Shown: positions 21,201-31,237, counted from the first letter of the stretch. The stretch is 57,037 nucleotides of DNA from a virus (IMGVR_UViG_3300027801_000026:1-57037); one strand, 5' to 3'. Numbers and translations: made by a program. The notes: generated by a model not told the origin, from the sequence alone.

Positions 21201-22562
21201 TGTTGTTGATAAATTTTGATTTATATTATCAAGTTGAGTTTTGTTTGAATGTGAATGAGATACATTACTTAGTAAATCTAATCTACTATCTATTGATGTA
21301 GAAAGTGGCCCTTCTATTGTATCTAATCGAGTATCAACTGAAGATGAAAATGTGGTAAAAGTTTCGTTTGATGATGAAAGAATTGTACTTCCACCTAATA
21401 TTTGTATTGAACCACTTACTACACCTCCTTTTAAGTTTGCGGATATACTACCATCATTGATAATTATATCAACTTGATTAGTATCAGTTGATGCAGAAAC
21501 TATATCGTTATTTATTCCACTAAGTGATGAATAATTTACTTGAGATGAACCACTAACTATTCCGTTACCAATTGATTCGTAAGTGGAATTTAGAGAAGAG
21601 GTTATTACTTCTACTTGGTCTAATCTACTATCTAAAGATGATGTTACTGTTTCTAAAATTACACTTTTTGCTTCTTCTATATCTAATCTACTATCAAGTG
21701 AAGAAGTTACTGTTTCTAAAATTACACTTTTTGCTTCTTCTATATCTAATCTACTATCGTGAGATGCTGATGTTAGTTCTAAGTTATCTAATCTACCATC
21801 TTGTGAACCAGTATCAGTTTCTAATTGACCAACTCTACTATCAAGTGATGAAGTAGTTGATTCTAAGTTATCTAATCTATTATCTTGTGAACCAGTATCA
21901 GTTTCTAATTGACCAATTCTACTATCTAAAGATGATGTTACTGTTTCTAAAATTACACTTTTTGCTTCTTCAACATCTAATCTACTATCTAAAGATGATG
22001 TTACTGTTTCTAAAATTACACTTTTTACTTCTTCTATATCTAATCTACTATCTACTGATTGTGAGTAATTAGTAAAATTTGTTACTGAGGATGAAAGTAT
22101 TGTACTACCAGGAAGTGATATAGATTCAATTGAAGCACTTACTACTCTTATATCTAAATATCTTTTTGATGGAGTACCTAAAGTAAATACTGCATCTGCA
22201 GTTGGGAGGAACGAACCACTAAATGATGAATTAATACTAACATTATCGGATGAATTATCTCCATCTCCTAAGAAAATATTACCGGCCAATACAATGTTTC
22301 CACCGATGGTTGCATCTCCTGTTGTTTCTATACTCGATGCATAGATATCTCCACTTGCCGATATATGTGAACCTGTAATATCTGACAATAAATGAAGTGA
22401 ACCACTATTTGATTCATTTAGTTTTACAAGTATCTTAGAGCTCGTGTTTGAGCCACTACCATCACCAATAACAATAGTTTCAAGTGATGTATTATAGAAC
22501 AATTCAGATTCCTGAAGTGATGTGAATGAAGTTCCTCTTCTTAATTTTAGTATTGCAGCCAT
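18210..22562 (-). CDS. Long tail fibre with coiled-coil repeats and C-terminal S74-like chaperone
   Basis: MAAILKLRRG start; NLYYTDARV repeats; SSDRELKNNI...GVIAQEIE...VKYDKL C-terminus. Confidence 0.85.
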   Translation of the reverse strand: MAAILKLRRGTSFTSLQESELFYNTSLETIVIGDGSGSNTSSKILVKLNESNSGSLHLLSDITGSHISASGDIYASSIETTGDATIGGNIVLAGNIFLGDGDNSSDNVSINSSFSGSFLPTADAVFTLGTPSKRYLDIRVVSASIESISLPGSTILSSSVTNFTNYSQSVDSRLDIEEVKSVILETVTSSLDSRLDVEEAKSVILETVTSSLDSRIGQLETDTGSQDNRLDNLESTTSSLDSRVGQLETDTGSQDGRLDNLELTSASHDSRLDIEEAKSVILETVTSSLDSRLDIEEAKSVILETVTSSLDSRLDQVEVITSSLNSTYESIGNGIVSGSSQVNYSSLSGINNDIVSASTDTNQVDIIINDGSISANLKGGVVSGSIQILGGSTILSSSNETFTTFSSSVDTRLDTIEGPLSTSIDSRLDLLSNVSHSHSNKTQLDNINQNLSTTSDVTFNTGSFTGNVTVTGDLTVLGDATEISTTELRIEDKLITVASGSADSAAADGAGIEIDGAGKSLQWDHNTTSFVLDAKVSSSVGFKGEGGELTGIDTDQVTEAGNLYYTDARVKTKLDAETVISGSSQVTGDLDSRYESIGNGIVSGSSQVDADQTTGWIADVRKQIDNVGLISGSVQVNANTITNFDSNVKTKLDADAVHSGSFLGTSTTANLSENTNLYYTDARVKTKLDAETVISGSSQVTYSSITGIPTTITGGQASAIIANTSKVGYTDALVKLKTDADNVHSGSFLGTSTTSDLTEGTNLYYSETRFSSSLDKRGIISGSTFSSPTQGTVRATINGANTDVDTGLQTGDSPTFTTLTLSSVASGGSSDYDALFNVGGLFKKRTLGTSAFYAVSASIADDPNSVPTTKAVNDALVAAGAGDITAVNSTTTISPTTTGLIHTEEGTSDAGAYGNTGNIVIAIDTGSAHFVNGVSAAGAPSGTVSGSQQVIDHLPTGTVSSSAQLANSTVSNESLNSYSASAITATAVQDSRLGFLSTETGSISTEQGVQDQRLTAIESVSGSFLTGTIDISSGTNLAVSDTTNVDMILTGDTLTANLKGGVISGSSQVDHDSTTNFVANEHIDHSSITLGSGKGLSGGGTIDTNRSLSLDTGSVHFQEGVELVLPAGTVSGSSQVQINSVTGFSAVSTSLDDRIDTLEGDTHENVLTFGDTANIDLIRTTNNITANIKGGIFSGSVQIAAGGDLSGNVDSLTVGSVQGVALTSGEATQIAAIGTNTISATQWGYLGASNQGITTTSDVTFASASLSNVVISGNLTVLGDSVAINVSDLKIEDKLITVASGSTDSATADGAGIEIAGANESITWNHANTRFNISDDIHVTGTIKATDDIIAFSSSDRELKNNILPITSPLEKINKIGGYSFDWNTEKQHIYKGKDYGVIAQEIEKILPELVQTREDGYKAVKYDKLVSLLIEGIKDLSKEVDELKRKIEK
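21600..22055. repeat. Tandem coiled-coil coding repeats (63-bp unit SSLDSRLDIEEAKSVILETVT and a QLETDTGSQD unit)
   Basis: Four copies of the KSVILETVTSSLDSR unit and two of GQLETDTGSQDxRLDNLE. Confidence 0.9.
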
Positions 22563-22668
22563 TTATCTGATAATTCCTGTTTGTTGTATATAAATATCAC
22601 TCCTTTATAAAATTGGAGTTTTCTGTGACTTTATCCCACGTATATAAGTATAGAAAAAATAAAAGTAT

Positions 22669-22699
22669 AAAAAAATCCCCCAACTTTCGAGGGGGGATT
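22669..22699 (-). terminator. Rho-independent terminator
   Basis: AATCCCCC/GGGGGATT stem followed by a T run on the minus strand, downstream of 22721..25627. Confidence 0.8.
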
Positions 22700-22720
22700 C
22701 GTTTTTTAAGTATATTCCGA

Positions 22721-25627
22721 TTAGAATGTACCACCATCTATTGAGTTACTCGCAACAAATGAAGAACCATTCCATTGAATTACATCACCAGCAGTTGAAG
22801 CATCAACAGCTTGTAACTTTTCGTTAGCATCAGTATATAAGAAAGCTCCGTTTGCACCGGCGGCTAAACCAGTTACAGTAATATCACCACTAAACGTTGC
22901 ATCAGTACCATCATCTGAAAGTACAGAATCAACTAATAATCCACTAGCGTTTGCTTTTAGAACTGTATTAGAAGTAGGAGAAGCGTTTAATGTTGCAATT
23001 TCCTTTTCACTTCCAAGTTTTCCAGCCATCCAATAATCAGTTGAAGCATCCCATAGTAATGAACCACTTGTTGTAGAACCACCATCTATATCACTAACTA
23101 AAAGTCCAGCATCTCCCGTACCTCCAGCGTAATTAAGTTCAATAATTCTATCACCGATGTTTACCGTTGTAGAATCAATAGTTGTAGTTGTACCTTCAAC
23201 ACTTAGATTACCAGTTACAGTTACATTACCAGTTAAAGTTGGATTTGTTACAATACCAACAGTTATAGTTTGTCCTGATACAGAAGTTTCAATTTCATTG
23301 GATGTACCAACAATACTTAAATCTTGTGTTTTAAGAGCAATTGAACCGTTTCCAGAAGAACCACTAATATCAAGAGTACTTGCAACACCTGTTAATGATG
23401 AACCATCACCAACAAATGAACCTGTTATAGTTGAAGTTCCTGCAACATCACCAATGGATGCTCCACTTATTCTACCACTTCCAAAATCAGTTGCCTGATT
23501 AGAAAGAGATGAAACAACTTGTGATGAACCACTTATTACTCCACCTGTTAGGTTAGCTGATATTGTATCACCAGTTAGTATCATATCAACGTTAGTTGTA
23601 TCTGATACCGCTAAGTTAGTATTAGCAGAGATATCAATTGCACTCAATAATGCAATAGAACCCAATCCTAAAGTTGTTCTTGCAGTTGATGCATCTGCAT
23701 CATCTACAAGTGTTGCTCCAAAGGTTGAAATTGTTGTACTTGCCGGTAATGTTAGTGTTTTGATATCTGCATCTACTTCACTATCCATTAATGCACCTGC
23801 TGCAGTTACATTGGCCGTATCGGTTACATCTGCACTTGCCTCAATCGCATTTAATTTCGAATGGTCAGCATCTGTAAATGTATTTGAATCTGTACCAGCT
23901 TCAACGGCTGCTACAATTTCTGCGTTACTTTGGTCGGCTGTTGCACCAGCTTCTACATTTAATGCAGTTAGAACTTCAGCTGAGGTTAAACCTTCTACTT
24001 CTGTTCCATTAATTCTAAGAAAATCATTATCTGCTACTACATCATTAGCTGTTAAAACATTTCCATCTGAAATACCTTTAGCTAAAGCTTTTACAAATGC
24101 TAGATTTGTTACTTCTGAATCCATTAATGCACCTGCTGAAGTTACATTAGCCGTATCTGTTACATCGGCACCTGCTTCAACTCCTGTGGTTGCACCAACT
24201 GTTAAACCAGCTGCTGTTCCTGTTAGGTTTGTTGCTACACCACTTGCTGGTGTACCTAATGCGGGTGTTACTAAGACTGGACTTGTTAAAGTTTTATTAG
24301 TAAAAGTTTGTGCTCCACTAATTTGAGCTATTTCAATTTCTGAAGATTTTACACCAGCTTTCCATACATCATTAGTTGTATCATATATAATAGAACCAGT
24401 TGTAGTTGTTGCTCCTGTTGCATCTTTAATCCAAAGTCCACCATTCGTTGCACCACTACCATTCAATTCTAATATATTATCAGATATTTGAACGACTGTA
24501 GAATCAACAGTTGTAGTTGTACCAGCAACTTGAAAATCACCAGTTACAGTTAAGTTTCTACTGATTGTTACATCTTGTGGTAAACCAATTGTTACTGTGT
24601 TATTAGTTATTGCGGTATCTACTTCGTTTGAAGTTCCTGCGAAAGTTAAATGATCAGTTAATAAAGCAACTGAATCATTTCCAGATCCGCCAGATATTAT
24701 TAAATCAGTTCCAAGTCCTGTAAGAGATGCTCCACTACCAACAAATGAACCTGTTATAGTTGAAGTTCCTGCTAAATCACCAATCAATTCACCACTTATT
24801 CTACCACTTCCAAAATCAGTTGCCTGATTAGAAAGAGATGAAACAACTTGAGCTGAACCACTTATTACTCCACCTTTTAAGTTTGCAGTTAAAGTGTCTC
24901 CAGTTAGTATCATATCAACGTTAGTTGTATCACCAACAGCTAAGTTAGTATCATCAGATATATCAATTTCTCCAAGAGTTAATGCTTGACTTGATAGTGT
25001 TACATAATCTCTCCCTGCAGCAATTGTTACAGCAGTTGAATTATCAGTTCCAGCAGCATCTACACCTATTGTAGTTCTAACTGCTCCTGCGTTTGCATCA
25101 TCTAAAATAGTTTGTGCGAATGTTGTAGCAATTTGATCCGAACCAGTAACTACTGTTCCGATTGCCAATGCTATTGTATTAGCAGTAATTGTCCCTCCTA
25201 ATGAAGTATCAGCTCCAGCGATAGTAATACCATCGTTGGCTAACATTGCATTAGTTACTTCTGTAGATCCGATTTGGGCTGAACCAGACATTATTCCAGT
25301 TCCACCAGTTTGAGGAGTTGCTTTAACCTCGATGTTTCCACCTTTGTTAAGTATGTATAGTTTTTGATCATCAGTATCGAAGAACGGAATACCATCAATA
25401 TATGTATTATATGATGCTCCTGTTAAATCTGGTACGGTTGTTCCTTGTAAAATTTTATTTACTGGACTGGCCGTTGAACCATCAATACCAACAAATACTA
25501 AGTCTGCCCCATTCGCGATAGTCCCTAAGCCACTCGAACCAGTAACAACTAACAGTTCACCTGCTCGTGTTGTTGCTGAAGCCAGTCCTTCAAGATTACC
25601 TCTCCTGTGTTTAATTATTTGTGCCAT
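22721..25627 (-). CDS. Tail fibre-like protein
   Basis: MAQIIKHRRG start; internal duplication; segments shared with the other fibres; ends IDGGTF. Confidence 0.8.
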   Translation of the reverse strand: MAQIIKHRRGNLEGLASATTRAGELLVVTGSSGLGTIANGADLVFVGIDGSTASPVNKILQGTTVPDLTGASYNTYIDGIPFFDTDDQKLYILNKGGNIEVKATPQTGGTGIMSGSAQIGSTEVTNAMLANDGITIAGADTSLGGTITANTIALAIGTVVTGSDQIATTFAQTILDDANAGAVRTTIGVDAAGTDNSTAVTIAAGRDYVTLSSQALTLGEIDISDDTNLAVGDTTNVDMILTGDTLTANLKGGVISGSAQVVSSLSNQATDFGSGRISGELIGDLAGTSTITGSFVGSGASLTGLGTDLIISGGSGNDSVALLTDHLTFAGTSNEVDTAITNNTVTIGLPQDVTISRNLTVTGDFQVAGTTTTVDSTVVQISDNILELNGSGATNGGLWIKDATGATTTTGSIIYDTTNDVWKAGVKSSEIEIAQISGAQTFTNKTLTSPVLVTPALGTPASGVATNLTGTAAGLTVGATTGVEAGADVTDTANVTSAGALMDSEVTNLAFVKALAKGISDGNVLTANDVVADNDFLRINGTEVEGLTSAEVLTALNVEAGATADQSNAEIVAAVEAGTDSNTFTDADHSKLNAIEASADVTDTANVTAAGALMDSEVDADIKTLTLPASTTISTFGATLVDDADASTARTTLGLGSIALLSAIDISANTNLAVSDTTNVDMILTGDTISANLTGGVISGSSQVVSSLSNQATDFGSGRISGASIGDVAGTSTITGSFVGDGSSLTGVASTLDISGSSGNGSIALKTQDLSIVGTSNEIETSVSGQTITVGIVTNPTLTGNVTVTGNLSVEGTTTTIDSTTVNIGDRIIELNYAGGTGDAGLLVSDIDGGSTTSGSLLWDASTDYWMAGKLGSEKEIATLNASPTSNTVLKANASGLLVDSVLSDDGTDATFSGDITVTGLAAGANGAFLYTDANEKLQAVDASTAGDVIQWNGSSFVASNSIDGGTF

Positions 25628-25806
25628 TTTGTTTTTTCCTTTTTAAATTTGTTTTGTTATTTTTTCTGAAAACCTTTATTTAGTTTTTAAATAATTATGT
25701 AACCAATTGTTCAACGGGACATTTGCCCTTAAAAAACCCTATATAGGATGTTTATCTATTATAAATATGAATAATAAGATTATTCACATCGATAAAATTA
25801 ATTTTT

Positions 25807-26505
25807 TTATATTTCTCCACCATCAATTACAAGTTTACTAACTCCATCGGTAAAATGAACGGAACCTGTATTGACATTTACACCGTTGGAATTTAATACA
25901 ATTCCATCTCCTGCATTAACATCAAGTGATAAAGAACCTTGAGTTCCACCACCACTTAAACCATCTCCAGCAAATACTGCTGAAATATCTCCTGTACCTG
26001 ATACATTTGTTGGTTGCCATTGTGCAGCTGAGGCGTTCCATGCAAGAACATCTCCATCATCTAAGGAAGCAGTAGATACATCTAATAATTGTCCCATCCA
26101 AGAAGTTGAACCACCACCACCAGCAGAACCAGTTAGTGCAGATAAATCGATTGACATTGATATTTGGTCTGAACCTTGTAGATTTTGTCCGAATAATGTT
26201 AATGTATTAACACCATCGAATGAACCACTCATAAATGAACCACTATTGAATGAGAATTCAGAAAAAGCTACGGTATCACTAAAAGTACTTACATAATCTG
26301 CTAATGTTACGGTTGCTCTATATAATGAACCACTATCTTCAACAAATACTATCTGTCCATCAGAAAAGTAATTTACTGAAGTAGAATTCAATACAGTAGA
26401 AGTATAGACCTTAAATGCACCCTTTATCCTTTGAATATCGGCTAGGGCCGTATTCGCGGATATCGCTGCGGAGGTTAACTGTAATTTTGAACTTATACTT
26501 GGCAT
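25807..26505 (-). CDS. Structural/fibre adaptor protein
   Basis: DGDVLAWN...W and GDISAVFAGDGLSGGG fibre motifs; ends IDGGEI. Confidence 0.7.
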   Translation of the reverse strand: MPSISSKLQLTSAAISANTALADIQRIKGAFKVYTSTVLNSTSVNYFSDGQIVFVEDSGSLYRATVTLADYVSTFSDTVAFSEFSFNSGSFMSGSFDGVNTLTLFGQNLQGSDQISMSIDLSALTGSAGGGGSTSWMGQLLDVSTASLDDGDVLAWNASAAQWQPTNVSGTGDISAVFAGDGLSGGGTQGSLSLDVNAGDGIVLNSNGVNVNTGSVHFTDGVSKLVIDGGEI

Positions 26506-26551
26506 TTATTTTTTCTTTTATTCCTTATTCTATTATATAAATATTTTGTTA

Positions 26552-29500
26552 TTAAAAAGCTCCTAATGAACCAGAAACTGCTAATACTTTTAATCTCATT
26601 GTTGATGCTGAGTTTTGTGCCTTGGCACCTAATACGAACCACTCTGCAAATCCATCTTTTGCTGAATCCAATATAATTGAATGTAACATTGAATCAGTAG
26701 CTCCTAAAGGTGCACTTGTTCCATCAGCGTATTCTACTAAAACATATTGACCAGTTGTACTTCCACCAAAACCATCTATCATAGATGATGGAATCCCTCC
26801 CATATCAGAACCACTTGGAAATAATATTAATGATTGTACTCCACTTGCCCAACTCATTGCTGCTGCCGAAGCAGATATTGCGGTATTTAAGTTTGAACCA
26901 CTAATTGTAGCGGCCAATGTTGCATTTTTACCACCAGCTAAACTAATACTTGTACTTCCTATATCACCGGCCTTAAATTTATAATAAGGGGATGATGTAT
27001 TTTCGGTATAAGCAGTAACTTGTGGTGGAACATCACTATTTAAAGTATCCGCTCCCATTAATCCATTATAATTTGAGCTAAATCCTGCATCCGAACCATA
27101 ATTCGAATAATAAACATATATTGTTCCATATACTGCTGATGTAGTTACCGTCATTGTTTGATTTGATAATGTTATTGATTCTGAATAACTATCTGTTACA
27201 GTTATGTTAATTGAATAAGTTCCAGCTGCTAATGAACCTGTTGGTTGTATTTCAAATGGTGAACTTGTACCACTTACATCAAATTTACTACCATCTGTGC
27301 CAGCAAGTGTTACCACAAATGGGTTATCACTTTCTGTATCAGATACAGTTAATGCTCCTGCATCAGAACCACTTGTTGAGTTATCCGTTTCATAATTTGA
27401 AGTTGCGGTAAACGAAGCTGCTGGTGAAGCGTTTCCAAATACTGTTGATGTTATAGATTGATTACCAACATTTCCATATTGGTCTGTATATGTTATTATA
27501 CTTGATATTGTATCTCCACTTTGTGTTACAGAACCACTAATAGTTACACCTAAAGTTAAATTACCACTATTATCTACTGCAATTGCTGGGTTTTGGGAGC
27601 TAAAAGTTTGTACTGTCTGTGAACCATAGTTTGGAGAATAGGTTACTCCTATTTGTGCAAGGTTTCCATTTTCATATCCTGTTGCATCTCTAAATGGGGC
27701 TCCACTACCAGTAGATTCGATAATATACATTGTTGTATCTCCAGTTAAACTACCGGTATCTGATTGTGCAATACTTATTGTGTGTCCTTCTGTATTTGTT
27801 CTAAATGAATGTATATCATCTACCGAAGCACTAAACGTATAACTTGATGCACTTAACTGTGAGTTAGTGGTTAGTAACCAAGTATTAGAACTTTGGGTTA
27901 AAGTTAACTGGCCAGATGAATCTGTGAACGATACATTATCATAATCAATAGAATCTGATTCAGTATCACTAAATGTTAAGGTAACTAATGTTCCACTTGA
28001 ACCGGTTGCTTGATTTGTGTTTAATATTGATGAATTACTGAATACAATATCAGGTGCATTGTTAGTTGTTACATTAACACTTATACTTCCACTACCAACA
28101 TTTCCATATTGGTCAGAAAATGTTATATTTGAGTTAATAGTATCTCCACTTGTCTCACTACTTCCACTTATATTACTACCAACTGTTAAATTACCACTTG
28201 AATTAACTGCAATTAATGCGTTTGAAGAAGTAAATTCTTGTACAACTTGTGAACCATAGTTAGGTGAGTAAGAAACTGATAAATCTCCTTGTGTTCCTGT
28301 TCTACCATCTGAATTTAATCGTATTGTGTTACCACTTGTTGCTGATTCTATTATATAGAACGTACCATTAGTACTCAATGTACCTGTATCTGATTGTGAT
28401 ATTATTAAACTTCTATCATATGAGTTACTTTTACCAAAATTATCAAATGTGTTAAATGTATATGAGTATTCATTAGATAACAAATCTCCTGATGATTGAA
28501 TATCAACTGATGATGAGTTTGAATTGTTATATTGTAATTGGAAAGAGGATGCATCTGTTCCACTTAACGATGCAGAGTATGGAGTATCTCCTTCTGTATC
28601 AGTTATTGTTACATTTACCAAGTCAACACTAGCGGTTGCTTCGTTTGTATTCATATCACCAGTAATATCACTAAATGATGCACTTGGGTGATGATTTGCA
28701 AATACATTTATAGTAACTGAAGTTGTATCAGAGTTGTTATACTGGTCTGTAAATGTTATATTTGAACTAATAGTATCTCCACTACCTGTTCCTGAACCTT
28801 TTAGATTTCTACCTATGGTTAAATTACCACTATTATCTACTAAAATAGCAGGATTAAGTGAACTGTACGTGGAAACGACTTGTGAACCATAGTCTGGTGA
28901 GTAAGATACACTTAACTGTGATGTGTTACCTGCTCCGAAACCACTTGCATCTCTAATTGAATCATTAATGTTAGCAGATTCTATAATATATGATGTTGTA
29001 TCTCCACCCAAAGTACCATCATCTGCTTGTGCAACTGTGATTGTTCTACTACTATATACTGTTGATTTATCAAATGTGTCGAATACAGAAACATCATATG
29101 TATAAGTTCCTGCTGATAAATTACTTCCTGCATGAATACCAATTGAACTTGAAGCTGCATTACTGTAAACTAAATCAAATGATGAACCATTTGAGCCTCC
29201 TAATGAAGCTGAAAATGGTGAGTTACTTTCTGAATCAGAAACACTCATACTAACCATTGTTTTACCATTTGTTGATAAGTTTGAATTAAAGTTACCAGTA
29301 TTATTTGTAAAAGTTGCGGTTGGTGCTTGATTTATAACATATCTAGAATCATACGATGATGTAAGTTGTGAAGAACCACTAATAGTTCCAACAGGTGTTT
29401 GTGTTAAATATGATGAAGTTGATGCACTTATACCATCTACTTCAGTTTGTATTGAAGAAGTAAATATATTTAAGTTACCAATTGGATGAGAACCACTTAA

Positions 29501-31237
29501 TATATCAGTTCCTCCTAATACTTGAACCGAACTTGAAATCAATCCACCTGGAATTGATGTTATATCTGTATAATCAACCGAACCACTTGATGTTAAATAA
29601 GATGAAGTTGTTGATGAAATTGCATCTACTTCAGTTTGAATTGAAGATGTAAATGTGTTTAATGATGTATTATCACTATGAGATAGTGAATCAATTCTTG
29701 AATCAATTGATGATGATAGTGATGTTACACTAACATCAGTTGCATATGTTGCATCTAATGAACCTGTAAAGGATTCTAATGAATCAATTCGTTGATCTTG
29801 AGAACCACTATCAGTTTCTAATTGAGTTATTCTTAAATCAGTTGAAGCTGTATATGTATTTAATTCTGTAATTGGATGAGAACCACTAAGTAATCCTTTA
29901 CCACCAGTTAGAACATCGTAATCTACTTGAGATGAACCACTAATTGTTCCGGCTGGAGCCTGAGTTAAATAAGAGGATGTTGTTGCAGAAATTGCATCAA
30001 CTTCTGTTTGTATTGAACTTGTGAAAGTGTTTAGATTGGCTACATCCGAATGAGATGAAGAAATAAATCCTAAATCAGTTATTTGTTTAGAGCCACTTAT
30101 AGTTCCTGATGGTAATTCCGAACCTGTTGGGATAGTTACAGTATTACCACTTGTTATTGTTAATTGATCTCCACTTACAGAAAGTGTTTGAGAATCGGTT
30201 TCACTTGTTAAATAAGATGATGTTGATGCAGATAATGCATCTACTTCAGTTTGTATAGATGAAGTGAATGTATTTATCGATGTAGTTGAATCTGATGAGG
30301 AAATGAATCCTAAACCAGTAATTTGTTCTGAACCACTTACTGTTCCACCATCAATTGATGTTAAGTAAGAAGAAGTTGCTGATGAGATTCCATCAACTCT
30401 TGTTTCTATTGAAGAGGTGAATGTATTTAGTGAACCTACATCTGAATGTGAACCGCTTAATATTCCTGTTCCACCTAATATTTGAACTGAACTTGAAATT
30501 ATTCCACTTGGAAGTTGTTCCGAACCACTTATTGTACCAGCTGGAGTTTGGGTTAAATAAGAGGATGTTGTTGATGAAATTGCATCTACTTCAGTTTGAA
30601 TTGAAGAAGTGAATGTGTTAAGATGTGTTATATCTCCACCTCCACCACCAGAACCACTTAATGCATATCTTAAATCATAAGATGAAGTTAATTGAGAACT
30701 TCCACTAATTAATGAAGGTACATTTGTAAGATTTGAATAATCTATTGAACCTGTAAGTGAAGTTGCTTCTAAAGAACCTGTTATTTTAAAATCAGAAGAT
30801 ACATAATACCATGCAGAACCGGTTGACCATATAGATGAACCTCCTCCTCCTCCACCACCAAGTGAAGATAAATCAACAGAGTTTCCTTCTGAAATAGTTA
30901 ATACTTTAGATACCGAGTTAAAAGAAACTATTTGGTCATCAGTATCAACTGTACTAAGTGATGTTGCAATAGATGAACTGAATGCAGTAAAACCATCTGT
31001 CTGAGTTATATCAACTTGAGATGAACCACTAAAAAGAGTTGGTAAGTTTGTAAGGTTACTATATGATATTCCAATTAAAGATGAACCATCTCCTTGAAAT
31101 GAACCAGTAAATGAACCAGAAACACTTGAAGCTAAAGAAAAATCTACTGCTCCAGCACCCTCTACGGTAAAATCACCTTGGATTACCGAAGCGGTTACTA
31201 CACCCTGTATCTGTTTACTCGAAATTAACGTTGCCAT
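26552..31237 (-). CDS. Large Ser/Thr-rich appendage protein: coiled-coil repeats then tandem cadherin/Ig-like domains
   Basis: LNTFTSSIQTEVDAIS repeats (about 29400-30630); tandem ~205-aa units with N..P, D.E.D, YIIES, YSPNYGSQ and DQYGN (about 27130-29330). Confidence 0.75.
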   Translation of the reverse strand: MATLISSKQIQGVVTASVIQGDFTVEGAGAVDFSLASSVSGSFTGSFQGDGSSLIGISYSNLTNLPTLFSGSSQVDITQTDGFTAFSSSIATSLSTVDTDDQIVSFNSVSKVLTISEGNSVDLSSLGGGGGGGSSIWSTGSAWYYVSSDFKITGSLEATSLTGSIDYSNLTNVPSLISGSSQLTSSYDLRYALSGSGGGGGDITHLNTFTSSIQTEVDAISSTTSSYLTQTPAGTISGSEQLPSGIISSSVQILGGTGILSGSHSDVGSLNTFTSSIETRVDGISSATSSYLTSIDGGTVSGSEQITGLGFISSSDSTTSINTFTSSIQTEVDALSASTSSYLTSETDSQTLSVSGDQLTITSGNTVTIPTGSELPSGTISGSKQITDLGFISSSHSDVANLNTFTSSIQTEVDAISATTSSYLTQAPAGTISGSSQVDYDVLTGGKGLLSGSHPITELNTYTASTDLRITQLETDSGSQDQRIDSLESFTGSLDATYATDVSVTSLSSSIDSRIDSLSHSDNTSLNTFTSSIQTEVDAISSTTSSYLTSSGSVDYTDITSIPGGLISSSVQVLGGTDILSGSHPIGNLNIFTSSIQTEVDGISASTSSYLTQTPVGTISGSSQLTSSYDSRYVINQAPTATFTNNTGNFNSNLSTNGKTMVSMSVSDSESNSPFSASLGGSNGSSFDLVYSNAASSSIGIHAGSNLSAGTYTYDVSVFDTFDKSTVYSSRTITVAQADDGTLGGDTTSYIIESANINDSIRDASGFGAGNTSQLSVSYSPDYGSQVVSTYSSLNPAILVDNSGNLTIGRNLKGSGTGSGDTISSNITFTDQYNNSDTTSVTINVFANHHPSASFSDITGDMNTNEATASVDLVNVTITDTEGDTPYSASLSGTDASSFQLQYNNSNSSSVDIQSSGDLLSNEYSYTFNTFDNFGKSNSYDRSLIISQSDTGTLSTNGTFYIIESATSGNTIRLNSDGRTGTQGDLSVSYSPNYGSQVVQEFTSSNALIAVNSSGNLTVGSNISGSSETSGDTINSNITFSDQYGNVGSGSISVNVTTNNAPDIVFSNSSILNTNQATGSSGTLVTLTFSDTESDSIDYDNVSFTDSSGQLTLTQSSNTWLLTTNSQLSASSYTFSASVDDIHSFRTNTEGHTISIAQSDTGSLTGDTTMYIIESTGSGAPFRDATGYENGNLAQIGVTYSPNYGSQTVQTFSSQNPAIAVDNSGNLTLGVTISGSVTQSGDTISSIITYTDQYGNVGNQSITSTVFGNASPAASFTATSNYETDNSTSGSDAGALTVSDTESDNPFVVTLAGTDGSKFDVSGTSSPFEIQPTGSLAAGTYSINITVTDSYSESITLSNQTMTVTTSAVYGTIYVYYSNYGSDAGFSSNYNGLMGADTLNSDVPPQVTAYTENTSSPYYKFKAGDIGSTSISLAGGKNATLAATISGSNLNTAISASAAAMSWASGVQSLILFPSGSDMGGIPSSMIDGFGGSTTGQYVLVEYADGTSAPLGATDSMLHSIILDSAKDGFAEWFVLGAKAQNSASTMRLKVLAVSGSLGAF

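Noticed and set aside
11222-25627. Diversity-generating retroelement suggested by Mtd-like N-termini and repeats
   Set aside because: No reverse transcriptase is present, and I saw no repeat pair differing only at adenines in this window.
13290-30630. CRISPR-like appearance of recurring repeats
   Set aside because: The repeats are in-frame coding units without unique spacers of constant length, and there are no cas genes.
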